Shown in pieces: positions 30,050 through 39,786 of a DNA stretch of 64,000 nucleotides. Below the pieces are notes generated by a model that did no database searches, was not told the origin of the DNA, and saw only the letters and a list, made by a program, of their open reading frames with translations. The stretch comes from an uncultured SAR86 cluster bacterium (GTDB lineage: Bacteria > Pseudomonadota > Gammaproteobacteria > Magnimaribacterales > D2472), in the NCBI GenBank assembly GCA_902509965.1, contig CABWZP010000004.1, forward strand, positions 165 to 64,164, read 5' to 3'. The position numbers were made by a program, and so were the translations under genes. Within the stretch, counting starts at the first letter, position 1, and each line of letters starts with the position of its first letter.

Positions 30050-31394
30050 TTATTAACTTCCTTTCCTCGATATCTTGAATCAATTTTTCATGAAATGCTT
30101 TATCAATAGGATAAAAATAAACCAGAATAAAGCTGATACATACACCTGCAAGTGGTATCCAAGTCATTAATGATTTTAGTCCATCTAAGGTTTCTTGGGT
30201 TTGAACTTGGTTTGGTTCAAATCCAATAGTTGTTAAAGCCATTCCTAAAATAACAGCAGCAAACGCTATAGCGCCTTTTTGAGCAAAGGTCATGAAGCCA
30301 TATAGTGAGGATTCAGTTCTTATCCCAGACTTCCACTCACCATACTCAATGGTATCTGGAAGCATAGACCAAAATAAGATTCCTGTCGCACCATTACCTA
30401 TACCAATCAAACCAAGAATAATAAGTAATTCATTTAAGTTTTTAATTGGATAGAAGTAGAATGTTAAAAATCCGATGAGTAAAAAGATCATTGAGATCAT
30501 CCAGGCATTTTTTTTACCTATTTTTAATGCGGCATAAGCCCATAAAGGTATAACTGCGAAGGAGACACCGCTACTCACTCCAAGAATTAAGCCTTGGTAC
30601 TCATGAAGATCTAAATAATATTTAGCAAAATAAATTAGGTTATTGTTAAACATTAAAGTTGTTGAGCCTAATATGAGTATTGAACCAAAAACAATCCAAA
30701 AAGGATAATTGTTAGCTACCGATTGTGATACCTTCTTAAAATTTGGCAAATCAGCTTTGTTAAATTCAAAATCTCTTTCCTTAACAAAATACACCGTAAT
30801 ACTTAAAATAAGAATAGCAACCAAGCCAGCAATTAAGCCTAAATATATAAATCCAAGAGCCTCTTCTCCACCTCCAAACCAAAGCACAATAGGAAAACCA
30901 AAAGCAGATACTGTTAAGGTTCCAAAAGAAGCTGCCAGCATGCGAGCGGTAGTTAATTTTGTTCTTTCATCACTATCATCTGTGATACGAGCAGTAAGGG
31001 ATGAATAAGGAACGCTTACAATAGTAAAGCAAGTTCTATGAATTAAATTGACTGCTAATAAAAATAAAAATAATAATGTTCCTTCAAATGGTGGTACCCA
31101 TAATAAAAGTACAAAAGATAAAGCTAATGGAATAGAGCCATAAAATATATAAGGACGATAGCTTCCCATTTTTGTTCGAGTTCGCTCAGCCATATAACCC
31201 ATAAAAGGATCAGTAATAGCATCCCAAGCTATGCCTAATGCATAAATCCAACCAGCTAATAAAGGTGAGATACCAACAACATCAGTATAAAAATAAAGTA
31301 GGTATAAGCCAACACCACTCCAATAGAGACAAATTGCATAATCTCCTATTCCATAAGCTGCTCTAACTTTGTTGCTGACGATATTGGTATTCAT
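30042..31394 (-). CDS. GPH-family (MelB/YicJ-like) glycoside:cation symporter
   Basis: 12 TM helices. N-terminal YGIGDYA and DAITDPFMGY motifs typical of GPH transporters. The stop overlaps the downstream start by 8 nt. Confidence 0.8.
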   Translation of the reverse strand: MNTNIVSNKVRAAYGIGDYAICLYWSGVGLYLLYFYTDVVGISPLLAGWIYALGIAWDAITDPFMGYMAERTRTKMGSYRPYIFYGSIPLALSFVLLLWVPPFEGTLLFLFLLAVNLIHRTCFTIVSVPYSSLTARITDDSDERTKLTTARMLAASFGTLTVSAFGFPIVLWFGGGEEALGFIYLGLIAGLVAILILSITVYFVKERDFEFNKADLPNFKKVSQSVANNYPFWIVFGSILILGSTTLMFNNNLIYFAKYYLDLHEYQGLILGVSSGVSFAVIPLWAYAALKIGKKNAWMISMIFLLIGFLTFYFYPIKNLNELLIILGLIGIGNGATGILFWSMLPDTIEYGEWKSGIRTESSLYGFMTFAQKGAIAFAAVILGMALTTIGFEPNQVQTQETLDGLKSLMTWIPLAGVCISFILVYFYPIDKAFHEKLIQDIEERKLINA

Positions 31395-31476
31395 GTTCCG
31401 CTTATTAATTATTTTTATACATAATGTATATCAAAAACATCTACGTTGCATGCCAAAAATATGTAAGACTAGTAGT

Positions 31477-32382
31477 ATGAATTATCAAGAAGGTTACGCA
31501 GAAGGAAATGGAACTAGAATTGCTTATCGCGATTATGGCCCTGAATCAGCTGAACCAATTCTTCTAGTTCATGGTCTTGGAGCTCAGCTTGTTCATTGGC
31601 CTGTGCATTTAATTGATTTTTTAATTGAAAATAATTATCGACCTATTACTTTTGATAATAGAGATGCTGGCCTCTCATCAAGATTTACAGCTAAGCCTTC
31701 TTTTGTCCTAGACTATATAAAATACTATTTACGCTTTCCTATGAAATCTGAATACACTTTAAAAGATATGTCTAAAGATAGTGTTGCGGTTTTAGATGCT
31801 TTGGAGATTGATAAAGCTCATATTTTAGGGACCTCAATGGGTGGTATGATTGCTCAAATTATTTGTTCTATGTTTGCTAACAGAGTTAAATCATTCACTC
31901 TTATTGCATCAACTGCATCAGTTCCAGGACCTTTAAATGGACCTTCAAAAGAAGTTCAGGATGTAATGTTACAAAGATCTAAAATGATTAATCCTACACT
32001 TGATGATGTTTATCAAAGAGAAATTAAATGGGTTTCTTTGATTGGAATGGAAGGTAGAGATTTAATGACTGACGAATTTCGTCAAGATGTGATAGCTAAT
32101 TATAATCGAGCAAAAGATAAGGCTGATGGATTTGGTTATGCAAGACAACTTCTTGCGATACTTGCTTCAAAAAATAGAATTAAAAGAGTTAAAGCTATAA
32201 AAGTTCCTACTCTTATTATTCATGGAGCAAAAGATCCAGTTATTGATGTTAAAAATGCATATAAAATGAAGAAATTAATTCCAAATAGTAAATTAATAGT
32301 GATACCTAATATGAGGCACTTAATAGAAGAAGAAATATTGGATCAATTTAAGCAAGACTTGCTCATACATTTAAAGAATTAA
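31477..32382 (+). CDS. alpha/beta-fold hydrolase
   Basis: HG oxyanion motif (LLVHGLG) and nucleophile elbow GTSMGG. The start is placed at the ATG at 31477 rather than at the long upstream extension. Confidence 0.75.
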   Translation: MNYQEGYAEGNGTRIAYRDYGPESAEPILLVHGLGAQLVHWPVHLIDFLIENNYRPITFDNRDAGLSSRFTAKPSFVLDYIKYYLRFPMKSEYTLKDMSKDSVAVLDALEIDKAHILGTSMGGMIAQIICSMFANRVKSFTLIASTASVPGPLNGPSKEVQDVMLQRSKMINPTLDDVYQREIKWVSLIGMEGRDLMTDEFRQDVIANYNRAKDKADGFGYARQLLAILASKNRIKRVKAIKVPTLIIHGAKDPVIDVKNAYKMKKLIPNSKLIVIPNMRHLIEEEILDQFKQDLLIHLKN

Positions 32383-32383
32383 A

Positions 32384-33475
32384 CTAAACCAGTTCAGCAA
32401 CATATTGTCCTATTGCAAGACAACTTGTAACGCCAGGGCTTTCAATTCCTTGAAGATTAATTAAACCATCTACTCCATGATCTTGCGCTCCAAGAATAGA
32501 GAAATCTTTCATTTTTTCATTTGAGTTTTGTAATTTAGGTCTTATTCCAACATAGTCAGGTTGTAATTTATCTGGATCCATATCTGGCCAATAATTATGT
32601 ATAGAATTTATAAAATAATCCTTTAAGGACTCATCAAATGAAAAATCTATAACATTAACCCATGTAACATCGGGACCAAATCTTATCTGACCACCCATAT
32701 CAAAACCAACATGTAATCCGGAACTAAATTCTGAAGCTAAAGGATATACAAGCGAGTGAAATGGATGGGGCCCAGAGTATTTAAAATAATGTCCTTTTGC
32801 ATAATAAATAGGCGAATTATATTTTTGATCAAGTGGTTGTATTTTCTTTGAGATGATATCTGAATGAAGTCCTGAGGAATTAACCAAGATTTTGGCATTA
32901 ATACTAAAATTATTTCCATCATTACAAATAATCTCAAAATTGTTTTCAGATTTTTTAGCAGAGATAAATGAGGTATTTAAGGAAACAACTCCTTGGTTAT
33001 GCTGGATATCTCCCTCTAAAGCAGTAATCAATTCGGGAACATCGATAATTCCTGTCTCTGGAGAATGAACTGCTCCTTCTACCTTTAAATCAGGATATAT
33101 AGACTGTATTTTATCTTTTGAGCAAAGCTTTAAACTCACTCCATTTTTTATACCTCGATCATAGATATTTTTTAACTTACCTAATTCATGCTCTTCGGTG
33201 GCAATAATATATTTCCCAATCTTTCTATGGTTAATATTCTTAAGTTCTGCATATTTATAAAGCAGAGCATTACCAGATATACAAAATTGTGTTTTTAACG
33301 ATTTGTTTGGATAGTACATTCCTGCATGAATGACACCAGAGTTTCGAGATGAGATCCCTTCTCCAGCTCTTGATTCTTTTTCAATAACTACAACGGACAT
33401 GCCTAGTTCGCTGCAATATTTAGCAATAGATAAGCCAACAACACCAGCTCCAATAACAGCTAGGTCAAAGATGAT
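32384..33475 (-). CDS. FAD-dependent oxidoreductase (L-2-hydroxyglutarate oxidase LhgO-like) with apparent ATC start
   Basis: The Rossmann motif FDLAVIGAGVVGLSIA is encoded in frame upstream of the first ATG (33400). An in-frame TAA lies at 33487-33485, so only the ATC codons at 33475 and 33472 are available, 4 and 7 nt after AAGGAG. Confidence 0.7.
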   Translation of the reverse strand: MIFDLAVIGAGVVGLSIAKYCSELGMSVVVIEKESRAGEGISSRNSGVIHAGMYYPNKSLKTQFCISGNALLYKYAELKNINHRKIGKYIIATEEHELGKLKNIYDRGIKNGVSLKLCSKDKIQSIYPDLKVEGAVHSPETGIIDVPELITALEGDIQHNQGVVSLNTSFISAKKSENNFEIICNDGNNFSINAKILVNSSGLHSDIISKKIQPLDQKYNSPIYYAKGHYFKYSGPHPFHSLVYPLASEFSSGLHVGFDMGGQIRFGPDVTWVNVIDFSFDESLKDYFINSIHNYWPDMDPDKLQPDYVGIRPKLQNSNEKMKDFSILGAQDHGVDGLINLQGIESPGVTSCLAIGQYVAELV

Positions 33476-33500
33476 AGATCTCCTTTATAACAAATAAATT

Positions 33501-33806
33501 TTAAAGAATTTTATGTTTCCCTTTTAAGATCTCAAAGTACATAACGTGATCTCCAATAAAACTATAAAAAGGATATGTGAAAGTGGCTGGCTTATTGTGC
33601 TCAACAAAAAAATGAGCTACCCAAGCAAAACCATATCCAGATAGTAAAGAGTAAAGTAAGAACATAAAGTCAAAAGTCATAAAAAATCTTACGTAGAAAA
33701 ATATAGCTATTGATGTGCCTATAAAATGTAAAAGCTTTGTATGTTTATTATCATGCTCACTTAGATAGTAAGGATAAAAGTCCTTAAAATTATCATATCG
33801 TTCCAT
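33501..33806 (-). CDS. DUF962 (Mpo1/YGL010w-like) membrane protein
   Basis: FKDFYPYYLSEHDNKHTKLLHFIGT and VAHFFVEHNKPATF are characteristic of the family. Confidence 0.6.
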   Translation of the reverse strand: MERYDNFKDFYPYYLSEHDNKHTKLLHFIGTSIAIFFYVRFFMTFDFMFLLYSLLSGYGFAWVAHFFVEHNKPATFTYPFYSFIGDHVMYFEILKGKHKIL

Positions 33807-33898
33807 ATTTCGTCTCCCTATTTGATAACAATAATGCCATATGACTTAGTATAAATAAAATATATTGATAGGCTATGCTGCTTTGTTAAGATGAAGTA

Positions 33899-34153
33899 AT
33901 GATAGAAAATTTTTTACAATATGGTCAGTGGGTAATACTAATATTAAGTATTTATAGCTTATATCTAGTCAGTTCGATTAAACATGAAAAACGTTTAAAC
34001 GGTTATATTTTTACTGCTCTTAGTAGATTTGGTGGAGCGCTTATATTTTTAGCAGTTGATCTGCCAGCATTTGTTATCGCTAATCTGATTCAAACTTATA
34101 TTGCCTGTAAAGGCTATTTTGATAATAAGAAAGTAGGTGAAAAGAAAGATTAA
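33899..34153 (+). CDS. hypothetical small 3-TM membrane protein
   Basis: An 84-aa ORF with three hydrophobic segments and a charged tail. No family recognised. Confidence 0.4.
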   Translation: MIENFLQYGQWVILILSIYSLYLVSSIKHEKRLNGYIFTALSRFGGALIFLAVDLPAFVIANLIQTYIACKGYFDNKKVGEKKD

Positions 34154-34158
34154 GTTAT

Positions 34159-35820
34159 TTATTTTTGAAATGATGAATCAACATTCCCTTTAAAACAATT
34201 TATTATGAACGGATAGTCATCGGTTACATAGTAACCATATTGGTTTTCATAGGTCATTCCATTACACTCATCTAAATCACCAGAATCAGTCCACTCCCAA
34301 TCTTCTTCGTAGATACCTGAATACTCGCCTCCAGGGTTAGTGTTAGTTTTTATAGATCTAGTACCCCAGGATTGATAAATAGATAAGCTTTCTTGGCACT
34401 CTTCTATCTTCAAATCTCTAATTAAATGAACAGGATTACCTCCTCCTCCTTCACGCGCGTCATTCTGATCTACTGTTACACATAGATTAGGATAACTGTT
34501 TACCACAATATTGCCGCTTGTAAGAAATGTAAATTTTTGGAGATCACTACCATTACAAACACTTAATGCTAAATCATTATCTGAACTATTAAACGTCATG
34601 CAAACCTCAAAACTAGGCATAAAAAATTCATATCCACTGATTAGATTTTTATCAAATCCTTGATCAACTGATATCTCGCCTTGATATGAATAGCATGTAT
34701 GCGCCTGAAGTCCACGTTGAGTATCGGCATTCTCTTTAGATCCTACAATATCGATGCAGAAATTCCTTGAATCTTCCAATGGATCTAGTAAATAAATTTC
34801 AATTATTGACCCTCGCGTTCCTTCTTTTAGGGTATATCCTGAAAGTGCTTTGCGATAAGTTCCTGTCAGTGAGTCTAAAATATAGGAGCCATATATAGGA
34901 AATCCATCTGCGGCAAAACCAATTACAGGAGAACCATTGCCGGTTGGATTATCATCAAACATAGCATTTGGGTTACCATGATAATGATATGTTCCATCAG
35001 GTTGAACATGAGCATTATGAATGTCGGCTCCAAACTTAGTTGAATATTCTAAAGGAACTAAACGCCACTCTGCATTTTGAGGACACCCAGCTTCAGTATT
35101 TCCATCTGCATCAGCTCTTGGTTCTGAGGGGTAATAGCAACCTCCACTTTTTACATCAGCAACAACTCCATTAAGCATAACTGCATCCCATGTTTGGCCA
35201 CTTATTTCAGTATTCTGTGATGCTTGTTGCGGTGATCTACTTATTACAAAGAGCCTGTCTTTTTCTGCTGCATCAGTTCTAAAATTTGCTGAAGAATCAT
35301 TAAAATCATGATTGGGAATATTGTCACTAAGAAAGTTACAAGATTGATCTTCAACTTCAATATCTACATATCCTTCAAAATCAATAGCTCGAGTTAAATC
35401 TCTAACCTCAGACTCATAATTTTCAACATAATCACTGCAATCAGGGCTTCTGTTAGAAAAGATTGTATTACTAATATTTATTCTGCTTATTACTCCATTA
35501 ACTTGAATAGATGCACTACCAGAAGTAGCTGAACTACTTGAGCAAGAAAGATTGTAAATATTAGAACCTGAATTATTGATAATGACCTCTTCGTTGCCTG
35601 AAGTTGTTTTTGTTCCAGACCAATTTCCAGATGCAGTGCAACTTTGAGCATTGGTAGAAGACCAAGTTAAGGTGGTAGCTGTTCCAACTTCTACTTCTAA
35701 ACTACTGGCTGAAAGACTAACAGATATAGTTTGGATTGGATCTGGCTCTGGAGCTGAACCTCCTCCGCCACCACATGCTGTAATTACAAGAAGACATAAA
35801 GATAATGCTACACTTTTCAT
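34159..35820 (-). CDS. lipoprotein with Ig-like module and split YHYH domain
   Basis: Lipobox LLVITAC followed by a Gly/Ser linker. There is a TLTWSSTNAQSCTASGNWSG module, GTYHYHGNPN, and a distal DECNGM...YGYYVTDDYPFIINCF, with a Cys-rich ~150-aa insert between the two halves. Confidence 0.6.
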   Translation of the reverse strand: MKSVALSLCLLVITACGGGGGSAPEPDPIQTISVSLSASSLEVEVGTATTLTWSSTNAQSCTASGNWSGTKTTSGNEEVIINNSGSNIYNLSCSSSSATSGSASIQVNGVISRINISNTIFSNRSPDCSDYVENYESEVRDLTRAIDFEGYVDIEVEDQSCNFLSDNIPNHDFNDSSANFRTDAAEKDRLFVISRSPQQASQNTEISGQTWDAVMLNGVVADVKSGGCYYPSEPRADADGNTEAGCPQNAEWRLVPLEYSTKFGADIHNAHVQPDGTYHYHGNPNAMFDDNPTGNGSPVIGFAADGFPIYGSYILDSLTGTYRKALSGYTLKEGTRGSIIEIYLLDPLEDSRNFCIDIVGSKENADTQRGLQAHTCYSYQGEISVDQGFDKNLISGYEFFMPSFEVCMTFNSSDNDLALSVCNGSDLQKFTFLTSGNIVVNSYPNLCVTVDQNDAREGGGGNPVHLIRDLKIEECQESLSIYQSWGTRSIKTNTNPGGEYSGIYEEDWEWTDSGDLDECNGMTYENQYGYYVTDDYPFIINCFKGNVDSSFQK

Positions 35821-35851
35821 ACTTATTTAGATTAAATCTAGTAGTAATTGC

Positions 35852-38458
35852 TTAAGAACGAACTCTTTCGTTTTTAGGATCATATAAAGATCCCTTTCCA
35901 ACTATTTGAACAGTCATTGGATATACACCATTACCATTTTCGTTAAAGTATTCAAGTATAAGTGCTTTGCCTGGTATGGCAATATTCATAGGCAAGTAAC
36001 CCATAACAACATGTTTTTTAATTGATGGGCAATAAGACATACTGGTGCTATAAGATCTTCGACCTTTGCTGTCAATAGGTACTTCACCTGTAGCAGGGTC
36101 AACGATTGGAGATATACCAACTGGATAACGTGAACCGTTATCCATTATATTTAAATCATCTAACGTCATAGTACATAAAATTGCACTAGGTTCTTCTTCT
36201 CTGTGAGCAAGATGAGCTGCTTTGCCGTGAAAGTCTGCTGCTTTTACTAGACGTCTCTCAATCGCAGATTCACAAGCGTTATAGTTAGTCTCTAAATCTG
36301 CACCTTGAAGCCTGAAGCTTTTTTCAAGGCGTCGACTATTAGCATAAGTTTCAATACCAACTGGAACGACTCCAACCTCTAACAAAGAATCATATAGAGC
36401 CAAACCATCTTCACTGTCATTATTTAAATAAAGCTCCCAGCCACTTTCTCCAACATAAGAAATGCGTGCAGCCCAAACATCAACTTTCTTTCCACCAGAT
36501 AAATTCAGAGTCAGATGTTTTGCAGTAACAAAAGGAAAATTTTCAATACTGATTTCATTAGGATCTACGAAGTGACCCAAAGCATTTTTAGCTTCAGGGC
36601 CCCATAATCCTAAAGTTGCTATATCGTGAGTTCTGATATTAATATCAGCATCTAAGCCAGTATCATCACGATAATTTCGCAAAGTCACCCAGTCTCTATT
36701 TCCATCTGCACCACCAGTAACTATCCTATAACTATCTGAACCTAAACGTGAAATAGTAAGATCCGCATGAACACCCCCATCATCGTCCAAGAAATTGGTA
36801 TAGATCATTCGGCCTTCTTGTGTATCTCCACCAACTTTTGCTACTGAAAGATATTCCAGCATTCGTTCTGCATCTTTACCTTTGATATCCATAATCGCAA
36901 AATGCGATAGATTAATCATCCCAGTTGAATCACTCATAGCTAAGTGTTCAGCATTAGCTACTTCATATGGAACATGACGTTGATCCCATTCATTTTCTCG
37001 AACTGGAACATCTTTTAAATAATCACCTAATTTTTCTCGATTTGTTTCATAAGCTAAAGCACGTTCCCAACCAGCTACCTCATTATCAAAATAACCTCCA
37101 AGCTCTTTTTCTCTTGCATAAAAAGGACTTACAAATATCTCTCTATTGCTTATATAGGGTTCCCTAGGATGAACCGCTGGAGTGTAAATAGTTTGTGCAT
37201 TCTCAAAAGATCGTGTTTTTACGAAGTCTTTTTCTTTTTGTGCAGGATAAAATCTATCTATGTGAAAAGCGCTCATATCTACTTGAGTTTTACCATTGAT
37301 CATAGATTCAGCACATAATCTTGCACACCCAGGGCCATCTTTTACCCAGACTGCTTCACATAACCAGAAACCTCTTACTTCAGGACTTTCACCTATCAAT
37401 GATCCAGCATCAGGAGTTACAGATAGCAGTCCATTAAATGAACTTCTCTCATCCCAACCTAGCTCAGCAAGAATAGGAGTGGTTTCAAAAGCTTTTTCTA
37501 AAGGTTCAGCAATTTCTTCAAGACTCAGATATCTCATTGAATCAGAAGTCATCGTTTTATCAGGATTACCTATATCTTCTGGATCAACTAATCGGGGTTC
37601 TTTATCCTCATAGTATCCCCACTCAAGCATCCCTCCATGAAGTCTACCTGTATCCCTAACATAAGCTGAATTTCCTTGATCACGAAGAAGTGGGTAGACA
37701 AGGAGTTCTTTTGTTCCTTGTATTTCAGGTAATGGTCCAAAGAATAACAAAGGATGCTCCACTGGCATAAGCGGAACTGGAACGCCAGCCATGTTTCCCA
37801 TTAAAGGTCCCCAGATTCCAGAGGCAATAACAACTTTATCAGTTTTGATTGTTCCCTTGTCTGTTTTTACCCCAACAATGCGCCCATTTTCAATTTCAAA
37901 ACCTACGGCTGGTGTATCAGTAAATGTTTTTAAAGCACCTTTATCTTTTGCATGCTCTACAGCAAAATTAACTACATCCTGAGAACGAGGAGTAACAAGA
38001 CCAGCATCTGGATCCCACATTGCACCTCGAATTGATTCTTCATCTAAAAGAGGGAATTTTTCTTTAGCCTCAGCTGCAGAAATTAATCTAACATTCGTTC
38101 CAAAAGATTTGCCTGATTCAACTTTACGTTTAAGCTCTTCCCAACGAGCATCATCATCTTTTCGACATATTTCAAGACCACCTTTCTTTAGAAAAAAGCC
38201 ATTCTCTTCATAAAACTTCCTACTAAAATCCGTTGCCCAACAACCTAACTTGTCATGCGTTGTGTTGTAGACAAAGTCTGAAGCATGAGCAGTTGATGCA
38301 ATATCTGATGGGATAATAGTAGATTTTTCTAACCCAACAATATTCTTTTGACCAAGCTCTGTAAGCCAATAGGCAAGCATCGAGCCAACGATGCCACCTA
38401 CACCGACAATAACTACTTCGGCATCTGCAGGAAATTTTGAAGTTACTTCATCTGTCAT
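35852..38458 (-). CDS. dimethylglycine/sarcosine dehydrogenase-like protein (FAD oxidoreductase fused to GcvT folate-binding domain)
   Basis: N-terminal VVIVGVGGIVG Rossmann motif and DAO domain, with a C-terminal aminomethyltransferase-like half. At 868 aa the size fits the DMGDH family. Confidence 0.75.
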   Translation of the reverse strand: MTDEVTSKFPADAEVVIVGVGGIVGSMLAYWLTELGQKNIVGLEKSTIIPSDIASTAHASDFVYNTTHDKLGCWATDFSRKFYEENGFFLKKGGLEICRKDDDARWEELKRKVESGKSFGTNVRLISAAEAKEKFPLLDEESIRGAMWDPDAGLVTPRSQDVVNFAVEHAKDKGALKTFTDTPAVGFEIENGRIVGVKTDKGTIKTDKVVIASGIWGPLMGNMAGVPVPLMPVEHPLLFFGPLPEIQGTKELLVYPLLRDQGNSAYVRDTGRLHGGMLEWGYYEDKEPRLVDPEDIGNPDKTMTSDSMRYLSLEEIAEPLEKAFETTPILAELGWDERSSFNGLLSVTPDAGSLIGESPEVRGFWLCEAVWVKDGPGCARLCAESMINGKTQVDMSAFHIDRFYPAQKEKDFVKTRSFENAQTIYTPAVHPREPYISNREIFVSPFYAREKELGGYFDNEVAGWERALAYETNREKLGDYLKDVPVRENEWDQRHVPYEVANAEHLAMSDSTGMINLSHFAIMDIKGKDAERMLEYLSVAKVGGDTQEGRMIYTNFLDDDGGVHADLTISRLGSDSYRIVTGGADGNRDWVTLRNYRDDTGLDADINIRTHDIATLGLWGPEAKNALGHFVDPNEISIENFPFVTAKHLTLNLSGGKKVDVWAARISYVGESGWELYLNNDSEDGLALYDSLLEVGVVPVGIETYANSRRLEKSFRLQGADLETNYNACESAIERRLVKAADFHGKAAHLAHREEEPSAILCTMTLDDLNIMDNGSRYPVGISPIVDPATGEVPIDSKGRRSYSTSMSYCPSIKKHVVMGYLPMNIAIPGKALILEYFNENGNGVYPMTVQIVGKGSLYDPKNERVRS

Positions 38459-38481
38459 ATTATTGTCTTTTTAAGCTTTAT

Positions 38482-39786
38482 TTACTCAGCGTAATCGAGC
38501 CCCTCTTCCTTCTTAACTTCACGAATATTTGGAGTAACTGACTTTCTAAAAGGTATATCAACCACCTCTCCATCAACTGCAACTCCAGATGTTTCTGAAA
38601 ACTCATCGGGTAGTCTTACTTGTAATTTGGTTCCTACTTCTGATGAAGTCCAAGGTACCCAGCCGAGTGCAATATTTGTGTTGAGTTCAGGAGACCACCA
38701 TGGAGAAGTTACATAACCCATGTCATTTCCATCTGTATCAGCTATCAACCAAAAATCCGGAGCATAATCCGTAATCTCTTTTCCGCCTAGGGTTAATCCA
38801 ACCATACGCATTTTAAATGGGAAGTCTCCAGCATCTATAACTGCACGCTGTCTTTCAAGTTCCTCTTTACCAATATAGTCAGCTTCTTTATTTCTTGGTA
38901 CTTGATAACTCAGATTAACTTGGAAAGGAGAAGTCTCATGATCTAAATCTTGACCCCAAGATAAAATACCAGCAGCTATTCGACGATGGTGAGCAGGAGC
39001 AATAACCATGAGGCCAAATTCTTCTCCAGCTTCAAGCACAGAATTCCAAACTAGCTCTGCATTTTCATGTGCATCGCGAACATAAATTTCATAGCCTTTT
39101 TCTCCAGTAAAACCAGTTTGACTGATGACAACGTCCGCACCACCAATATTAGTTTCCATAAGACCATAATAAGGAATCTCTCTGAGTTCCTCACCTGCAA
39201 GCTTTGCCATTAAATCTTCTGACAAAGGGCCTTGGATTTGAACAGGACATACATCTATTTCATCAATAATGACGTCATATTTTTTACTAACATTAACTCC
39301 TTGTAACCAAAGTAATAGATCGCTATCTGAAATTGAGAACCAAAATTCATCTTCAGCAAGTCTCAATAAAACTGGGTCATTGAGAACCCCGCCTTTTTCG
39401 TTACATAAAATTGCATATTTACCATTGCCTGGTTCAATTTTTGTTGCATCACGAGTAATTACATAATCTGTAAAAGCTTCTGCATCAGGACCTTTAACTC
39501 TTATCTGTCTTTCAACAGCAACGTTCCACATAGTGACACGATTAACCAATGCTTCGTATTCAACCATAGCTCCGCCATCTTCTGGCCTGATATAGCCTCT
39601 TGGATGATATATACGATTGTAGACAGTTGCTCTCCAGCAACCAGCTTCATGAGACAGGTGCCAAAAAGGTGACTTTCTTACACGAGTCGAAATTAACATT
39701 TCAACTGGCGTGCGACCACTTTGTCTTAGATTATATGGAACTACGCGATCGCTCTGATCGACACTTGGATGATTTGGATTTGACAT
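38482..39786 (-). CDS. GcvT-family aminomethyltransferase (THF-dependent demethylase, DmdA/LigM-like)
   Basis: TRVRKSPFW and VWNVAVERQIRVKGPDA motifs typical of GcvT-fold demethylases. Strong GGGGAG SD. Confidence 0.65.
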   Translation of the reverse strand: MSNPNHPSVDQSDRVVPYNLRQSGRTPVEMLISTRVRKSPFWHLSHEAGCWRATVYNRIYHPRGYIRPEDGGAMVEYEALVNRVTMWNVAVERQIRVKGPDAEAFTDYVITRDATKIEPGNGKYAILCNEKGGVLNDPVLLRLAEDEFWFSISDSDLLLWLQGVNVSKKYDVIIDEIDVCPVQIQGPLSEDLMAKLAGEELREIPYYGLMETNIGGADVVISQTGFTGEKGYEIYVRDAHENAELVWNSVLEAGEEFGLMVIAPAHHRRIAAGILSWGQDLDHETSPFQVNLSYQVPRNKEADYIGKEELERQRAVIDAGDFPFKMRMVGLTLGGKEITDYAPDFWLIADTDGNDMGYVTSPWWSPELNTNIALGWVPWTSSEVGTKLQVRLPDEFSETSGVAVDGEVVDIPFRKSVTPNIREVKKEEGLDYAE

